From Candidatus Latescibacterota bacterium (lineage in GTDB: Bacteria > Latescibacterota > UBA2968 > UBA8231): a stretch of DNA of 64,000 nucleotides. Location of the stretch: positions 2,240,001-2,304,000 of the forward strand of contig OZ253462.1 of assembly GCA_965261395.1 (NCBI GenBank), written 5' to 3'. Shown here in pieces: positions 46,791 to 57,298 of the stretch. Made by a program: the position numbers and the translations under genes. Each line of letters opens with the position of its first letter. Position 1 is the stretch's first letter. The notes beneath the pieces were generated by a model. It did no database searches and was not told the DNA's origin. It saw nothing but the letters and a program-made list of their open reading frames with translations.

Positions 46791-48002
46791 ATGAACCGAC
46801 CGTCGCGTTTTGCGCGCACCACCGCTGGCCTGGACCTCAAGGCCCTGCTCAGCCCACTGCGCAAAGTTTTCTGGCTGTCGCTGGGAATCGCCGTGCTGCT
46901 GAACGCGATCTTGGTTCTGCTCAACCCCTTCCAGCAGCAGGCTGAAAAAGCACCTCGGCCGCTAACCACCAAATTCGTCAAACGCCAACCGCGCCTGACT
47001 AAGGCGCTGGAGCTGCGCAAGATTCCCCAACGCAAACGCCCGATGATCCGTCGCCAAGTACGCGCCGCCGCCGCCCGCATGGATCAGGTGCAAGCTACCG
47101 CGGCTTTCTCCACGCGCGCCATCATCGCTCGTTCGGTTGGCATAGCGAATATGCTCCAAGTCGGCCAGAGCAACCCACAGACGCTCCAAGCGGCACTGGA
47201 ACCGGTCGTGGGGCTAGCAGCGAACGTGGAGATCAGCCGCACACCCGAGCATAAAATCGACATGGGCTTGGAGATGCTGGATGTCGATGCCATGGACACC
47301 GGCCGCTACCGCGCCTTGGTGATACAGGATCCCAACGACAAGCAGGGGATCAAAGGCTTTGTCAAATTCGCCCGCGTGGTCTCGGCCACTTATATGACTG
47401 AGACCCGGACCAATGTCGTCGATGGCGGGCTTAACAATCGGGAAATCGACGTCCTGCGCGATATGCTCAACGAGTGGACCGGCTTGCGAGCTGAGTTCGT
47501 CGGCAGCTTTACCTTTGATGACAACCGCTTTCTATCAGTGCCGATCGTCATCCCCCAAGGCGAGCCCAATGAAAACGAGTTGGAGAATCTGGCGCGCTAC
47601 CTGCTGGCGGGGGGCTTTGTCATGGCCGAGCAATTCGACTTCGAGGGGTTTTGGACCGAGGCTCTAGAAAAATACGGGGGACTGGTCAAGGGACGCGATT
47701 TTTACACCGAACGCCTGCGGGAAGACCATCCGATATTCACGGCCTATTTTGACTTGGGGGATGGCGTCGCGCAGGGTGCCACGCGTTTTAACGATCCGTA
47801 CTACTGGAATGCGGTGAAGGGCTTGTTCGTCAAGGGACGGCTGGTGGCCGTGCCTCGGGCCAACTCGGGTATCGGGGGGTATCTGGGCTTTGCCGCCGAC
47901 CGCGATGCGACCCGCATCCTACAGTTTGCAATCAACACCGTGATCTACGCGCTGACCCAAGAAGGGTCCATGACGCAGCGGTTAATGCAGATTGTACACT
48001 GA
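46791..48002 (+). CDS. Membrane-anchored DUF4159-like protein
   Basis: N-terminal TM; ELENLARYLLAGGF, DHPIF, GLFVKGRLVA, FAINTVIYALTQ. Confidence 0.65.
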   Translation: MNRPSRFARTTAGLDLKALLSPLRKVFWLSLGIAVLLNAILVLLNPFQQQAEKAPRPLTTKFVKRQPRLTKALELRKIPQRKRPMIRRQVRAAAARMDQVQATAAFSTRAIIARSVGIANMLQVGQSNPQTLQAALEPVVGLAANVEISRTPEHKIDMGLEMLDVDAMDTGRYRALVIQDPNDKQGIKGFVKFARVVSATYMTETRTNVVDGGLNNREIDVLRDMLNEWTGLRAEFVGSFTFDDNRFLSVPIVIPQGEPNENELENLARYLLAGGFVMAEQFDFEGFWTEALEKYGGLVKGRDFYTERLREDHPIFTAYFDLGDGVAQGATRFNDPYYWNAVKGLFVKGRLVAVPRANSGIGGYLGFAADRDATRILQFAINTVIYALTQEGSMTQRLMQIVH

Positions 48003-48048
48003 GGAGGCCAGTTTCTTTTCGAGGATTTCCTGACCACTAGGAGGTGAT

Positions 48049-48996
48049 ATGCCGACGATTCAGGACCACATCTCTCTCGACGCACTCACCGACAGCACCT
48101 TGAGCACGCTGAAGGCGATCGGCGTCGACGACATTGCCATCATGCATCCGACGCCGCCCGGTCCCGGAGAGGACCAGGCCCCGCTGTGGCGCGATGTGCG
48201 CCGCACGGTGGAGGCCCACGATATGCGGTTCTTCAACATCGGCTTGCGGCCGCACCCCTCGATCACGCTGGGCCGCGATGACCGGGACGAGCATATCGAA
48301 AGGTGGTGCGCTCTCATCCGTAGCATAGGCGCGGCGGGTGTGCCGAGCCTGACGTACAATTTCCGCGGCATTGGCAACTTCCGTACGGAGTCGGCCGTGG
48401 GGCGCGGGGGCGCCCGGTACAGCACGTTTGACTTTGCTGAGTTCCAGACCAATCCCCAGCTACATCCCGATCAGCGGATTTCGGAGCGCGACCTGCGCGC
48501 CAATTTGCGCCACTTCATGGAGCGCATCACGCCGGTGGCCGAGGAGTGCGAGGTGCGTCTGATGATGCATCCCGACGACCCGCCGCGCCTCGATCCACTG
48601 GGCGGGGCCGCGCGCGTGCTGTCGTCGCTGGCCGACTTCGAGCGCCTCTTTGAACTGGTGCCGAGCCAAGCCAATGCGATGTTGTTCTGTCAGGGGTGCG
48701 TGGCCGAGATGGGCGAGGACATCCCGGCGGCCATCCGCCGCATAGCTGGCCTCGGCAAGATCGGCACAGTGCACTTCCGCAATATCCGCGGCGGACCAGC
48801 GCGCTTTGAAGAGGTATTCCTCGACGAGGGCGACGCGGATATGTACGCCATGATGCGGGTCTACGCCGAAGTCGGGTACGACGGGCCGTTCATGCTCGAC
48901 CACACGCCGAGTTTGCAGGATGCGTCGGCGGCCTGGGCTGGCCGGGCCTACGCCATTGGTTTCATTCGGGCTACGATGCAGGCGGCGTACCGCTGA
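48049..48996 (+). CDS. uxuA: Mannonate dehydratase family protein
   Basis: ITLGRDDRD, YNF, MHPDDPP, FCQG, HFRN, FEEVFLDEGD, DHTP, AYAIG. Confidence 0.8.
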   Translation: MPTIQDHISLDALTDSTLSTLKAIGVDDIAIMHPTPPGPGEDQAPLWRDVRRTVEAHDMRFFNIGLRPHPSITLGRDDRDEHIERWCALIRSIGAAGVPSLTYNFRGIGNFRTESAVGRGGARYSTFDFAEFQTNPQLHPDQRISERDLRANLRHFMERITPVAEECEVRLMMHPDDPPRLDPLGGAARVLSSLADFERLFELVPSQANAMLFCQGCVAEMGEDIPAAIRRIAGLGKIGTVHFRNIRGGPARFEEVFLDEGDADMYAMMRVYAEVGYDGPFMLDHTPSLQDASAAWAGRAYAIGFIRATMQAAYR

Positions 48997-49075
48997 GGTC
49001 GAGCAGCCGGGGTTGGGGTGCCCCGATCCCGACAACGCCCGCGTACATCCCCATTTGGTCGTGGGCAGATATTCT

Positions 49076-51040
49076 TCACATGATCGACACTTCGTTGCCC
49101 CGCACACCGGGATCAATTAGCGCGTAGATGATGATCCACAGGCCGGCCACCATCGCCTCGCCGAGAATCAGGCCCAAAAAGAACGGCCGCAGCGTCTTGA
49201 ACAGCGCAATCCCTCCATATTTCAAGATGAAGGACTTGAGCAGCCAGGTCAGAAACACCGCGAACCAGATGTGACTCGTCAGCCACCCGATGCTGATGAC
49301 GTAGCCGACCGGGTGCAGGGGCCACCAGTAGAACCGATGCTGGCCGAGCACGAGGACGGCCTCGATCACGCCGCCGATGCCGGTAAACACCAAGCCGCGC
49401 ACATCGGGCAAGGTCGGGTTGAGCAAGGGTCGCGCCATGTCCGTAAAGGTGCGCACCGCCTGCTTTGTCATGAAGAAGGAATTGAGATTGATGCCGCCGT
49501 GCTCGTAGCACAAGTAGAGGATGACCCACGTCGCGCCGGCGAGACTGCAAAGCAAGGCGACGATCATTCCCCAGAACAGGCGGCGCTTCGATCCAGGCAC
49601 GATCTCGGCCAGCTTGAGGGCGTTGGCGCAGGCGATCATTGGAAACACCCGCATCTCCGACTGCCACACATAAGTGAAGGTCAAGGCCACCAGTCCCTGG
49701 GTGCCAATGGCGGACGTCCCAACCGTGGAGATCGCAAAGAAAGCCGCCACCATCGGGGCTCTCGCCGTGGCCACGCCGGCGGTGGCCACCACCCGGGTGA
49801 TCATGAGGTAAAAGATCAGGCAGGCCGCCAGGAACAGCGGCAGTACGACGAGGGGAATACCTGAGTACCACAGCCAAGCACCGGCGAAGGTCAAGCTGCC
49901 GACGAACCCGAAGAAAGCGACGCGGTAGGAGAGCAACTCCTCGGTGTCGTCCACGCGCGGGTCGTTGTGCCAAGCGCGGTGCCACACGTCCTTGAAGTGA
50001 CGGCGGCCGGCCCACAGCGCAAACAGCACAAAGACGATGCAGGCTCCCATTTGCTGGTGGGTCAAGTCTGCACTTTGCGACAGAGAGTAGAGGCTTAGCT
50101 GCTCGGTGCTGTCAATACCGACGGTGGTGAACAAACCTTCCTGCACCTTGCCCAGCAGGTAGAAGAACCAGATGCTGAACAGGATCTCCAGGCTGACCAG
50201 ATAGAAAAACCCCACCCAGGCGAAGTCGAACCAGAACGGGACGTAGACCGCGTCGCGGAAGAAGTGGATCACCGAGAAGAAATAGGGCATCCGCGGGATG
50301 AAGGGAAAGTAGGTATTGAGTCCCGACAGACTGAGCAAGGCAAAGGGCACGAAAAACCCCAGCCACATGACGCGGCTCCTGAAAAACGGACCGAGGAGTC
50401 GCCGCGCCCCGCTATTGCTTTCGATCAGCTGCAGGGGTAGCTGTACCATCGGATAGGCGAGCCGCTCGTTGACCGACCACTGGCGGTGCAGCATCGTACT
50501 CAGGCAGATCATCATGAAGCTGATCGCCATGAAGAACAAGTACCAGGCTCCGAGTGGCTCGATCCACGCCTCCCACGGAATCGGTGCCCCCGCGGGCAAG
50601 CCCTCGTGGAGATCCTTCACCATCTGGAAATCCTTGGGTGCCACCCAGTTGGGGGTGTGAATTGCGAAGAGTTCGAGCCAGTCGTTCTCGGGCGTGGCGT
50701 AGTAGACCAGCCCGCTGATGACGGGGATCAGGTAGCCGACAAAGGCCTGGGTGGGCACGGTGGCGGCCAGCAGGGCCATGATGTAGGCCATGACGAGGTC
50801 GGCCTTGCTCAGCGCTAGTTGCCGCCCGATTGCGCCCAGCAGTGCGTTGACAAAAATCGCCAAGATGAACAGCAGGAAGATGGCCGCCGGCAGGGAACTG
50901 TTGCGCGCCAGATCGGCGCCACCGACGAGCAGTACGGCGTAGGGCACGCCGGTCCCCACCAAGAGCGACAGCGAGATGCCGGCCACCAGTCCCTTCCAGG
51001 TGAACGGGCTCGGGCTCTTGTGCGACGTGGAGTTGGACAT
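49076..51040 (-). CDS. Multi-pass membrane protein, DUF6785/DUF6784-like putative transporter
   Basis: Many TM helices; QW...ERLAYP, WWPLHPVGY, K..ILKYGG, PFFLGLILGE. Confidence 0.65.
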   Translation of the reverse strand: MSNSTSHKSPSPFTWKGLVAGISLSLLVGTGVPYAVLLVGGADLARNSSLPAAIFLLFILAIFVNALLGAIGRQLALSKADLVMAYIMALLAATVPTQAFVGYLIPVISGLVYYATPENDWLELFAIHTPNWVAPKDFQMVKDLHEGLPAGAPIPWEAWIEPLGAWYLFFMAISFMMICLSTMLHRQWSVNERLAYPMVQLPLQLIESNSGARRLLGPFFRSRVMWLGFFVPFALLSLSGLNTYFPFIPRMPYFFSVIHFFRDAVYVPFWFDFAWVGFFYLVSLEILFSIWFFYLLGKVQEGLFTTVGIDSTEQLSLYSLSQSADLTHQQMGACIVFVLFALWAGRRHFKDVWHRAWHNDPRVDDTEELLSYRVAFFGFVGSLTFAGAWLWYSGIPLVVLPLFLAACLIFYLMITRVVATAGVATARAPMVAAFFAISTVGTSAIGTQGLVALTFTYVWQSEMRVFPMIACANALKLAEIVPGSKRRLFWGMIVALLCSLAGATWVILYLCYEHGGINLNSFFMTKQAVRTFTDMARPLLNPTLPDVRGLVFTGIGGVIEAVLVLGQHRFYWWPLHPVGYVISIGWLTSHIWFAVFLTWLLKSFILKYGGIALFKTLRPFFLGLILGEAMVAGLWIIIYALIDPGVRGNEVSIM

Positions 51041-51112
51041 CCTTCTACGGACCTTGGTTACCTAGCGCCTGAAGTGTTGGCCGTCAGGTCAAACAACCCA
51101 TGCGCTACTCGC

Positions 51113-52747
51113 TCATGCCGGACAGACCAACTCCTTTTCGAGGAGGCCCTGATTGCCCGAATAATCAACCGGCACCTCGATCAAATGCACCCCTCGCGCG
51201 TCGAGGCAGGTGCGCAGCGTCGGCAGCAACTCGGCGGTGGCACCGATGCGGTGGCCGTGCGCTCCGTAGCTGGCGGCGTATTGAACGAAATCCGGGTTGC
51301 CGTAATCGAGACCCCAATCTGCAAAGCCCATGTCGGCCTGCTTCCACTTGATCATGCCGTAGCCGTCGTCGCGTAGAATGAGGACCACGAGGTTCATCCC
51401 GAGGCGCACCGCGGTCTCCAACTCTTGGGAATTCATCATAAAGCCGCCATCGCCGCAGATGGCCATGACCTGTTTGTCCGGCTCCACCAGCCGCGCCGCC
51501 ATGGCCGAAGGCAGCCCGGCCCCCATGGTCGCCAAGGCATTGTCCAACAGCACGGTATTGGGTTCGTGGGCGCGATAGTTGAGGGCGAACCAGATCTTAT
51601 AGACGCCGTTGTCGAGACATATAATGCCGTCGTCGCGCATCGCTCGCCGCACGTCGGCGACCAGCCGCTGGGGCGCGACCGGAAATCCGGGATCGTCGTT
51701 GCCGACCGCGCGGATTTCGTCGATCCACTCTTTGACCTTGGCAAAATAGCTGAAGTCCCAGGTCTTTTGCCGGTTGATCCGCAGCAGCAACTGCCAGATG
51801 CTGTTGCCGATGTCGCCGATGACCTCTAGCTGGGGGAAATAGACCGGATCGACCGAGGCCGAAGAGAAGTTGACGTGAATGACCTGTAAGCCGTTAGGCT
51901 CCATGAAAAACGGCGGCTTTTCGACCACGTCGTGGCCGACGTTGATGATGAGGTCGGCGCGGTCGATGGCGCAGTGCAACGGGTCGTGGGCCGACAGCGC
52001 GGCGTTGCCCAAAAAGAGCGGGTCGCGCTCGTCGACGACGCCCTTGCCCATCTGGGTGGTGAAGAACGGGATGCCGGTGTCGCGGATGAAGTTGAACAGC
52101 ATCTTGGAGGTGCGCTTGCGGTTAGCCCCGGCCCCGATGAGCAAGAGGGGGCTTTGCGCCGCTTCGATTAGGTCGGCGGCTTGGGCGATGGCCTTTTCTT
52201 CGGGGATGGGGCGCCGCACGCGGTCCCTGGGGAAGAGCGGCGTGTCGGTGTCTTCGCAGGCGATGTCTTCGGGCAGCTCTAAATGCACGGCCCCGGGCCG
52301 CTCCTCCTCGGCTAAACGGAACGCCTCACGGACGCGGGAGGGCACACTGTCGCCGCTGACAATCTGGTGGGTGTACTTGGTTAGGGGCCGCATCATCTCG
52401 ACGATATCGACGATTTGGAATTGCCCTTGCTTGCTCGACTTGATGGGCTTTTGGCCGGTGATCATCAGCATGGGCATGGCGCCGAGTTGGGCGTAGGCTG
52501 CGGAGGTGACGAAGTTGGTCGCCCCCGGTCCCAAGGTAGATAGGCACACGCCGGTCTTGCCGGTGAGGCGGCCGTACGTGGCGGCCATGAAGCCTGCGGC
52601 TTGCTCGTGGCGGTTGAGAATCAATTGGATCTGCTCGGAGCCGCGCAGCGATTCGAGCAAGTCGAGGTTTTCCTCGCCCGGAATGCCGAAGAGAAATTCC
52701 ACGCCCTCGTGCTCCAAGGCGCGGACGAAGAGGTCAGATGCTTTCAT
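51113..52747 (-). CDS. Acetolactate synthase large subunit-like ThDP enzyme
   Basis: MKASDLFV, FGIPGEEN, RHEQAA, TLGPGATN, GDGGFMMNSQE ThDP motif; ORF-track start at 53362 is over-extended. Confidence 0.88.
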   Translation of the reverse strand: MKASDLFVRALEHEGVEFLFGIPGEENLDLLESLRGSEQIQLILNRHEQAAGFMAATYGRLTGKTGVCLSTLGPGATNFVTSAAYAQLGAMPMLMITGQKPIKSSKQGQFQIVDIVEMMRPLTKYTHQIVSGDSVPSRVREAFRLAEEERPGAVHLELPEDIACEDTDTPLFPRDRVRRPIPEEKAIAQAADLIEAAQSPLLLIGAGANRKRTSKMLFNFIRDTGIPFFTTQMGKGVVDERDPLFLGNAALSAHDPLHCAIDRADLIINVGHDVVEKPPFFMEPNGLQVIHVNFSSASVDPVYFPQLEVIGDIGNSIWQLLLRINRQKTWDFSYFAKVKEWIDEIRAVGNDDPGFPVAPQRLVADVRRAMRDDGIICLDNGVYKIWFALNYRAHEPNTVLLDNALATMGAGLPSAMAARLVEPDKQVMAICGDGGFMMNSQELETAVRLGMNLVVLILRDDGYGMIKWKQADMGFADWGLDYGNPDFVQYAASYGAHGHRIGATAELLPTLRTCLDARGVHLIEVPVDYSGNQGLLEKELVCPA

Positions 52748-52761
52748 TAATGCTCCTTGTG

Positions 52762-53811
52762 CTAAACGATTGGTAGGACGGCACCGACCCGGTGAGCGCA
52801 ATCTAGGATTTGCCGCCAAGTTTCTTCTTCGACAGCCACGCCGGCCTGGCGCCGCTGTCGCTCGCGCTTTTCTAACTCTCCGGGCAACAGGATGGCATCG
52901 ACGCCCGCGGCCTTGGGCGAGGCCCGCAGATAGGCTACAAACGCCCGCACTTGAGCCGCGTACTCGGCTAGCGGCTGAAAGCGCCCAATGTCGATGACCA
53001 GCAAGAAGCAGCCATTGCCGATCCGCGCCTTCCGGCCCCGCGCACAACCCGCCCCGCTCAGCGCCCCGCCCAACAGCTCCACCACCACCCCAAGTCCGTA
53101 GCCCTTGTGGCCCATGACGCCGCCAAAGGGCAAGAGGCTGCCGCGCGGCTCGTCGTAAAAGTCCGCGGGATCCGTCGATGGCCGGCCAGCCGCGTCGATG
53201 ATCCATCCCTCGGGAACTGGCTCGCCGCGGTTGCGCTTGACCCGCACCTTGCCCTCGGCCACCACGCTGGTCGTAATGTCCAGCACGAGTGCTCCGCCCT
53301 CTCCGTCGGGCCAACCGCCCGCCAGCGGATTGGTGCCCAAGCGCCCGGCGATGCCGCCCCAAGGGGCCACGCTGGCTCCGCCGCCGTGCGAGTTGGCGCA
53401 GAGCAGGCCGATCATATTCGCCTCGGCGACGCGCTCCACATAGCTGCCGAGGCGACCGATGTGGTTGGAGTTTTTGACGGTTATGGCGGCGACTCCGCAG
53501 TTGCCAGCGCGCTCTAAGCCCATCTCCACCGCTTGGTTCATCACGACTTGACCAAATCCCCAGTGCCCGTCGAGCACGGCCGCCGCCGCGGTCTGGCGCA
53601 CGACTTCGACCTCGGCGTGGGGAACGATCTCCCCCTTTTCGATGGTGCTTATGTATTGGGGAATGCGGATGACGCCGTGCGAGTCGTGCCCCACGGCATT
53701 GGCATCGGCCAGCAGCTTGGCGACGACATCGGCGGCGGCAGGCGGCGCGCCGGCTGCCGCGAAAATGGCTGCGCCGACTTGGCTCAAGTGTTCGATGGAA
53801 AGTACAGGCAT
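52762..53811 (-). CDS. Ldh_2 family (type 2 malate/L-lactate dehydrogenase-like) oxidoreductase
   Basis: GHDSHG, SNHIGR, GTNP, LDITTS, GHKGYGL, LPGE. Confidence 0.88.
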   Translation of the reverse strand: MPVLSIEHLSQVGAAIFAAAGAPPAAADVVAKLLADANAVGHDSHGVIRIPQYISTIEKGEIVPHAEVEVVRQTAAAAVLDGHWGFGQVVMNQAVEMGLERAGNCGVAAITVKNSNHIGRLGSYVERVAEANMIGLLCANSHGGGASVAPWGGIAGRLGTNPLAGGWPDGEGGALVLDITTSVVAEGKVRVKRNRGEPVPEGWIIDAAGRPSTDPADFYDEPRGSLLPFGGVMGHKGYGLGVVVELLGGALSGAGCARGRKARIGNGCFLLVIDIGRFQPLAEYAAQVRAFVAYLRASPKAAGVDAILLPGELEKRERQRRQAGVAVEEETWRQILDCAHRVGAVLPIV

Positions 53812-53815
53812 AAAG

Positions 53816-55273
53816 TTATCGGGTAATAGACGCGGCTAGCACCGCGAGTAGGTCTTGCGCCTGCTCCTCGGAGAGTTTGACTCGCCGTCGCGCTTTGTCG
53901 ATTAGGGCTTCGGAACGAGCGACCTTGCCCTCGGCGTAGATCTTTAGGGTCTCGCGGCAGAGCGATTGTACTAAGCGGGTGGCTTTGTCGCCATCTACGC
54001 CGACCTCGGCGGCGGCACCCGCGATCTGCTCCTGTAGCCGCCCCTGCTCTAGGTCGGCGAGTGTCTTGGCCAGCAGTTTTTGCAAGAGATGTTGCGCCTG
54101 CGTCCGCCAAGTCCCCGCGTATTCCGCTATGTCTATGACCAACCCGTCGGTGCGAACATTAATGCGATCCGCGCTCAAGCGCGCCAGCGATTGGGTCAAT
54201 CTATAATAGAGGGAATCGACTTGGCCCAGTGATACCTCCTCGTCGTCATTGAGCGCCCGCACCCAAGCTGGTGCTGGATGCCTCTTTGCCAACAACGACC
54301 TGTTCAGCCGCGACCTAAGTGTTGGCACCGCCGCAGTTTGCACGGCTTCTTGGGACCTGCTTGCGGTCTTTATTGTGCCAGCATCGCCGCGGTCCGTTTC
54401 AGCCGGAATTTCCCGCTGTGCGACCGGACTTTCCTCAACGACAACCGAGTCCCGCTCCTCCCGAACCTTTGCTTCGTCCGGTTTCTTCTGGGCCACCTTC
54501 GGCACGGTAATCTCCCGCGTCTTCTCCGCGATCTCCGCGATGACCTGCTGCTTGGGCAGTTGGCGCAACCCGGGTGGCTGCCCCTTGAGCTGCACCTTGC
54601 CCTGCCACCAGATCCACTTGTTGCTCTGCCGCACCTTGTTGCGCAGTGCCTCGGCGGGCCGGTCGGAATCCGGCAGCAGAAAGAGCGCGTCGAGCACCAT
54701 GTCGGGCTGGGGATAGAGGCCCAACCAGCTCCAGGGAATGCCCACTTCAAAGGTGTAGAGCTGATCGCGCCTCGCCCCTCCAGCCTCTACGGGCACGCGC
54801 TCTGTAGGCTGCTCGCGCTGTAGTCCCCCCCACAGATAGGGCGCGCCGTCGGCCGGACTCAGCCAGATGGTATGCCCCAAGGGCTGCTCTGGGCCGCGCA
54901 AGAAAATTTTCAGGTGATCGTAGTAAAACATCGCGTCCTTGCGCTCCCCGGATGGGCCGCGCCATTCGCTTTTGTCAGGGGGAATCTGTTGGGCATCTAC
55001 GGTATCGTCAACTACTGCGGCCGCCACGTACACGTAGTCGGCGTCCCACATCAGGTAGAGGTCGGCCTCGTGATCGGCCGAGCCAGCAAAGGCTCCGCGC
55101 ACGCCCACGCGCTCCCCCCCGGGGACTAGACCGATGTGCTCGGGTGCCCCCCACTCGACCAATATGCCATCGAGCGTTGGCTTGGAGGCCACCGGCACCA
55201 CGGCGACCGGCTCTGCGCTGACGGCCTCCACGGCCATCAGACTCGCCCACGCGGCCCAGGCAGCTCGTCTCAT
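53816..55273 (-). CDS. Secreted protein with CBM9-like sugar-binding domain and helical C-terminus
   Basis: Signal peptide; PTLDG.L.EW, LMWDADYVY.A..V.DD, YTFEVGIPW. Confidence 0.55.
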   Translation of the reverse strand: MRRAAWAAWASLMAVEAVSAEPVAVVPVASKPTLDGILVEWGAPEHIGLVPGGERVGVRGAFAGSADHEADLYLMWDADYVYVAAAVVDDTVDAQQIPPDKSEWRGPSGERKDAMFYYDHLKIFLRGPEQPLGHTIWLSPADGAPYLWGGLQREQPTERVPVEAGGARRDQLYTFEVGIPWSWLGLYPQPDMVLDALFLLPDSDRPAEALRNKVRQSNKWIWWQGKVQLKGQPPGLRQLPKQQVIAEIAEKTREITVPKVAQKKPDEAKVREERDSVVVEESPVAQREIPAETDRGDAGTIKTASRSQEAVQTAAVPTLRSRLNRSLLAKRHPAPAWVRALNDDEEVSLGQVDSLYYRLTQSLARLSADRINVRTDGLVIDIAEYAGTWRTQAQHLLQKLLAKTLADLEQGRLQEQIAGAAAEVGVDGDKATRLVQSLCRETLKIYAEGKVARSEALIDKARRRVKLSEEQAQDLLAVLAASITR

Positions 55274-55275
55274 CC

Positions 55276-55797
55276 TCACTCGTCTTGGCGCAAGGAGGAA
55301 ACGGCCCAAACAGCGTCCGGGTCATCCATGGCCACAGCCCGCACGCCTCCGGGTACAAACGACAATAGCCCTTCGTAGCTGACCTGTCGCTCGGCATCGG
55401 GATAGATCCAATCGTGCAAGTAATACACCGCGTGTATCTTGGCTTGGAGGATTTCTTTGGCACAGCCAAAACAAGGCCGCATCGTCGAATACAGCACCGC
55501 TCCTTCGGTGGCGATCCCAAAGCGGGCCGCCGACAACAGTGCGTTTTGCTCGGCGTGGACGCAGATGCACAAATCGTAGTCCTTGCCCGAAGCGTACTGG
55601 TCGCGGCGGTCGCAGCGGTCGCACCCCCCGTCGAGGCAGTTGACCATGTTGTGCGGGGTGCCGTTGTAGCCGGTCGAAATGATCCGGTCGTTCTGCACCA
55701 AGATAGCTCCAATGCGGTTGCCCGTGCAGTTGGCACGCGCTCGGACGGCCATGGCGATCCGCATGTAGTACTCGTCCCAATCGGGCCGCTCGAACAT
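55276..55797 (-). CDS. dCMP deaminase (ComEB-like)
   Basis: RPDWDEYYM, STGYNG, HAEQNA, PCFGC. Confidence 0.9.
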   Translation of the reverse strand: MFERPDWDEYYMRIAMAVRARANCTGNRIGAILVQNDRIISTGYNGTPHNMVNCLDGGCDRCDRRDQYASGKDYDLCICVHAEQNALLSAARFGIATEGAVLYSTMRPCFGCAKEILQAKIHAVYYLHDWIYPDAERQVSYEGLLSFVPGGVRAVAMDDPDAVWAVSSLRQDE

Positions 55798-55923
55798 AGT
55801 GCTTCCCTTCCTCGACATAATTGCTCAGTCGCCTGCTAGCTGTTTTGTGCGGATCGTGCGGAATATGGGTTGGTCGGGGAATAATATGCCCGCTGCTGCA
55901 AGGGGTCAACCGCGACCTAGTAG

Positions 55924-57210
55924 CTATTCCTGCGCCGTTTTTGGATCCCGCACGAACGCGATCGACACCAGTAAGGCGACGACGGTCAGGCCAAAGACGA
56001 GCAGAAACGGAGTCGCCGGGCTCCAAGCGTAGAGGAAGCCGCCGCAGAGCGCTGCCGCCATCAGCGGCAGGGTGGTCAAAAATCCGGTCCCAGGGCCGCC
56101 CGTCCCTCCAGAGGCACTGCCGATCGACACGGATCCTCGGCCAATGGCGGCCATCACGCGTCCGCGGATTGCGCTGGGCACGGTGTCGGCTAGCAGGGCA
56201 CCCATAGCGGGGCTGAAAAAGGCTGAGGCCACGGCGATGACACAGCGGATCGCCAGCACGAACCCAAAGGAGCCAGCCAGCAGATACAGTGGAGTCGCAG
56301 CGGAGAGCAGCAAAGCGGCGATGAGAAACCGCGTGCGTCCAAAGCGGTCGGTGAGGAACCCCGCCGGAACCGTCGTCAGGTTCCGCAAGCCGAACTCTAC
56401 CAGCAAGATCAGCCCCCACTGCGAAGCCGTTAGCCCAAGGTGGGTCTTCGCGTACACCACCCAGAAGGGGCCGGCCACGCCGTTGGCGATGAAACACAGA
56501 ATGATCACCACGGACACGGCCCGCAGCGAGCGCGGGAAACCCCGCAGCAGCGCCGGGATGCCAGTATAGGAACGGCCTAGCGCCTGTCCGAGGTTGGCGG
56601 CACTCACCGCTTCCGCTGGTGGCTGCCGGGTCTCGCGGATGAAGATCAGGTTGATCGTAGCTCCCGCGGCGTAGGCCGAGCCCATCACCACGTAGAGGAT
56701 CCGCATCCCCGCCTCAACTCCCCAGGCGTCGATGGCCACGCCGGCGACAAACGGAGCGAACAGCGCCAAGCCCCCGGTCAAGCCGGCCATCGTCGCCATT
56801 CCGCGACCCCGGTTTCTAGCGGACAGAGAGTCGGCGATGAGCGCCGATGTGGCCGGGAAGTGGAACACGGCAAAGCCCCGCATCAGCATGGCCGCGGCCA
56901 CCCATTCCCAACTCGGCGCTACGGCGTTCACCAGCACGGCTATAGCGGAGAAGTAGCCGGCCGCCGCGATCAACCAAGCCCGGTTCATGTGGTCGGCGAG
57001 ATAGCCGGCGATCGGAAACGCGATCAGCCCGCCGAGCGGTCCTAGGGCGTAAACGATCCCGATCTGCTCCGGCTCGCCGCCGAGGGCCAGGATGTAGAGG
57101 GGGACGTACGGGAATACCATGGCCCGACAGAACATGCCCAGACTTCCCGACACGATGAGCACGAGGACATTGCCACGGAGAAATCCGAAGGACTCGGACA
57201 GAGGCCGCAC
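55924..57210 (-). CDS. MFS transporter
   Basis: About 12 TM helices; GYLADHMNR and GFLTDRFGR motif A; RGR motifs. Confidence 0.87.
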   Translation of the reverse strand: MRPLSESFGFLRGNVLVLIVSGSLGMFCRAMVFPYVPLYILALGGEPEQIGIVYALGPLGGLIAFPIAGYLADHMNRAWLIAAAGYFSAIAVLVNAVAPSWEWVAAAMLMRGFAVFHFPATSALIADSLSARNRGRGMATMAGLTGGLALFAPFVAGVAIDAWGVEAGMRILYVVMGSAYAAGATINLIFIRETRQPPAEAVSAANLGQALGRSYTGIPALLRGFPRSLRAVSVVIILCFIANGVAGPFWVVYAKTHLGLTASQWGLILLVEFGLRNLTTVPAGFLTDRFGRTRFLIAALLLSAATPLYLLAGSFGFVLAIRCVIAVASAFFSPAMGALLADTVPSAIRGRVMAAIGRGSVSIGSASGGTGGPGTGFLTTLPLMAAALCGGFLYAWSPATPFLLVFGLTVVALLVSIAFVRDPKTAQE

Positions 57211-57298
57211 TATCGCTCCCTCATCCCCTCACTACGCCTGAGCAGCGAAGGGCGGTGAAAACAGAAGCAGGTCAAGGCTAGGGTCATGGCCGCGGTGG

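Noticed and set aside
52748-53362. N-terminal extension on acetolactate synthase (749-aa ORF)
   Set aside because: Out-of-frame overlap with the Ldh_2 gene; the family-typical start MKASDLFV is at 52747.
55322-56497. 391-aa ORF spanning the MFS and deaminase genes
   Set aside because: GC-rich alternative-frame artefact overlapping two clear genes.
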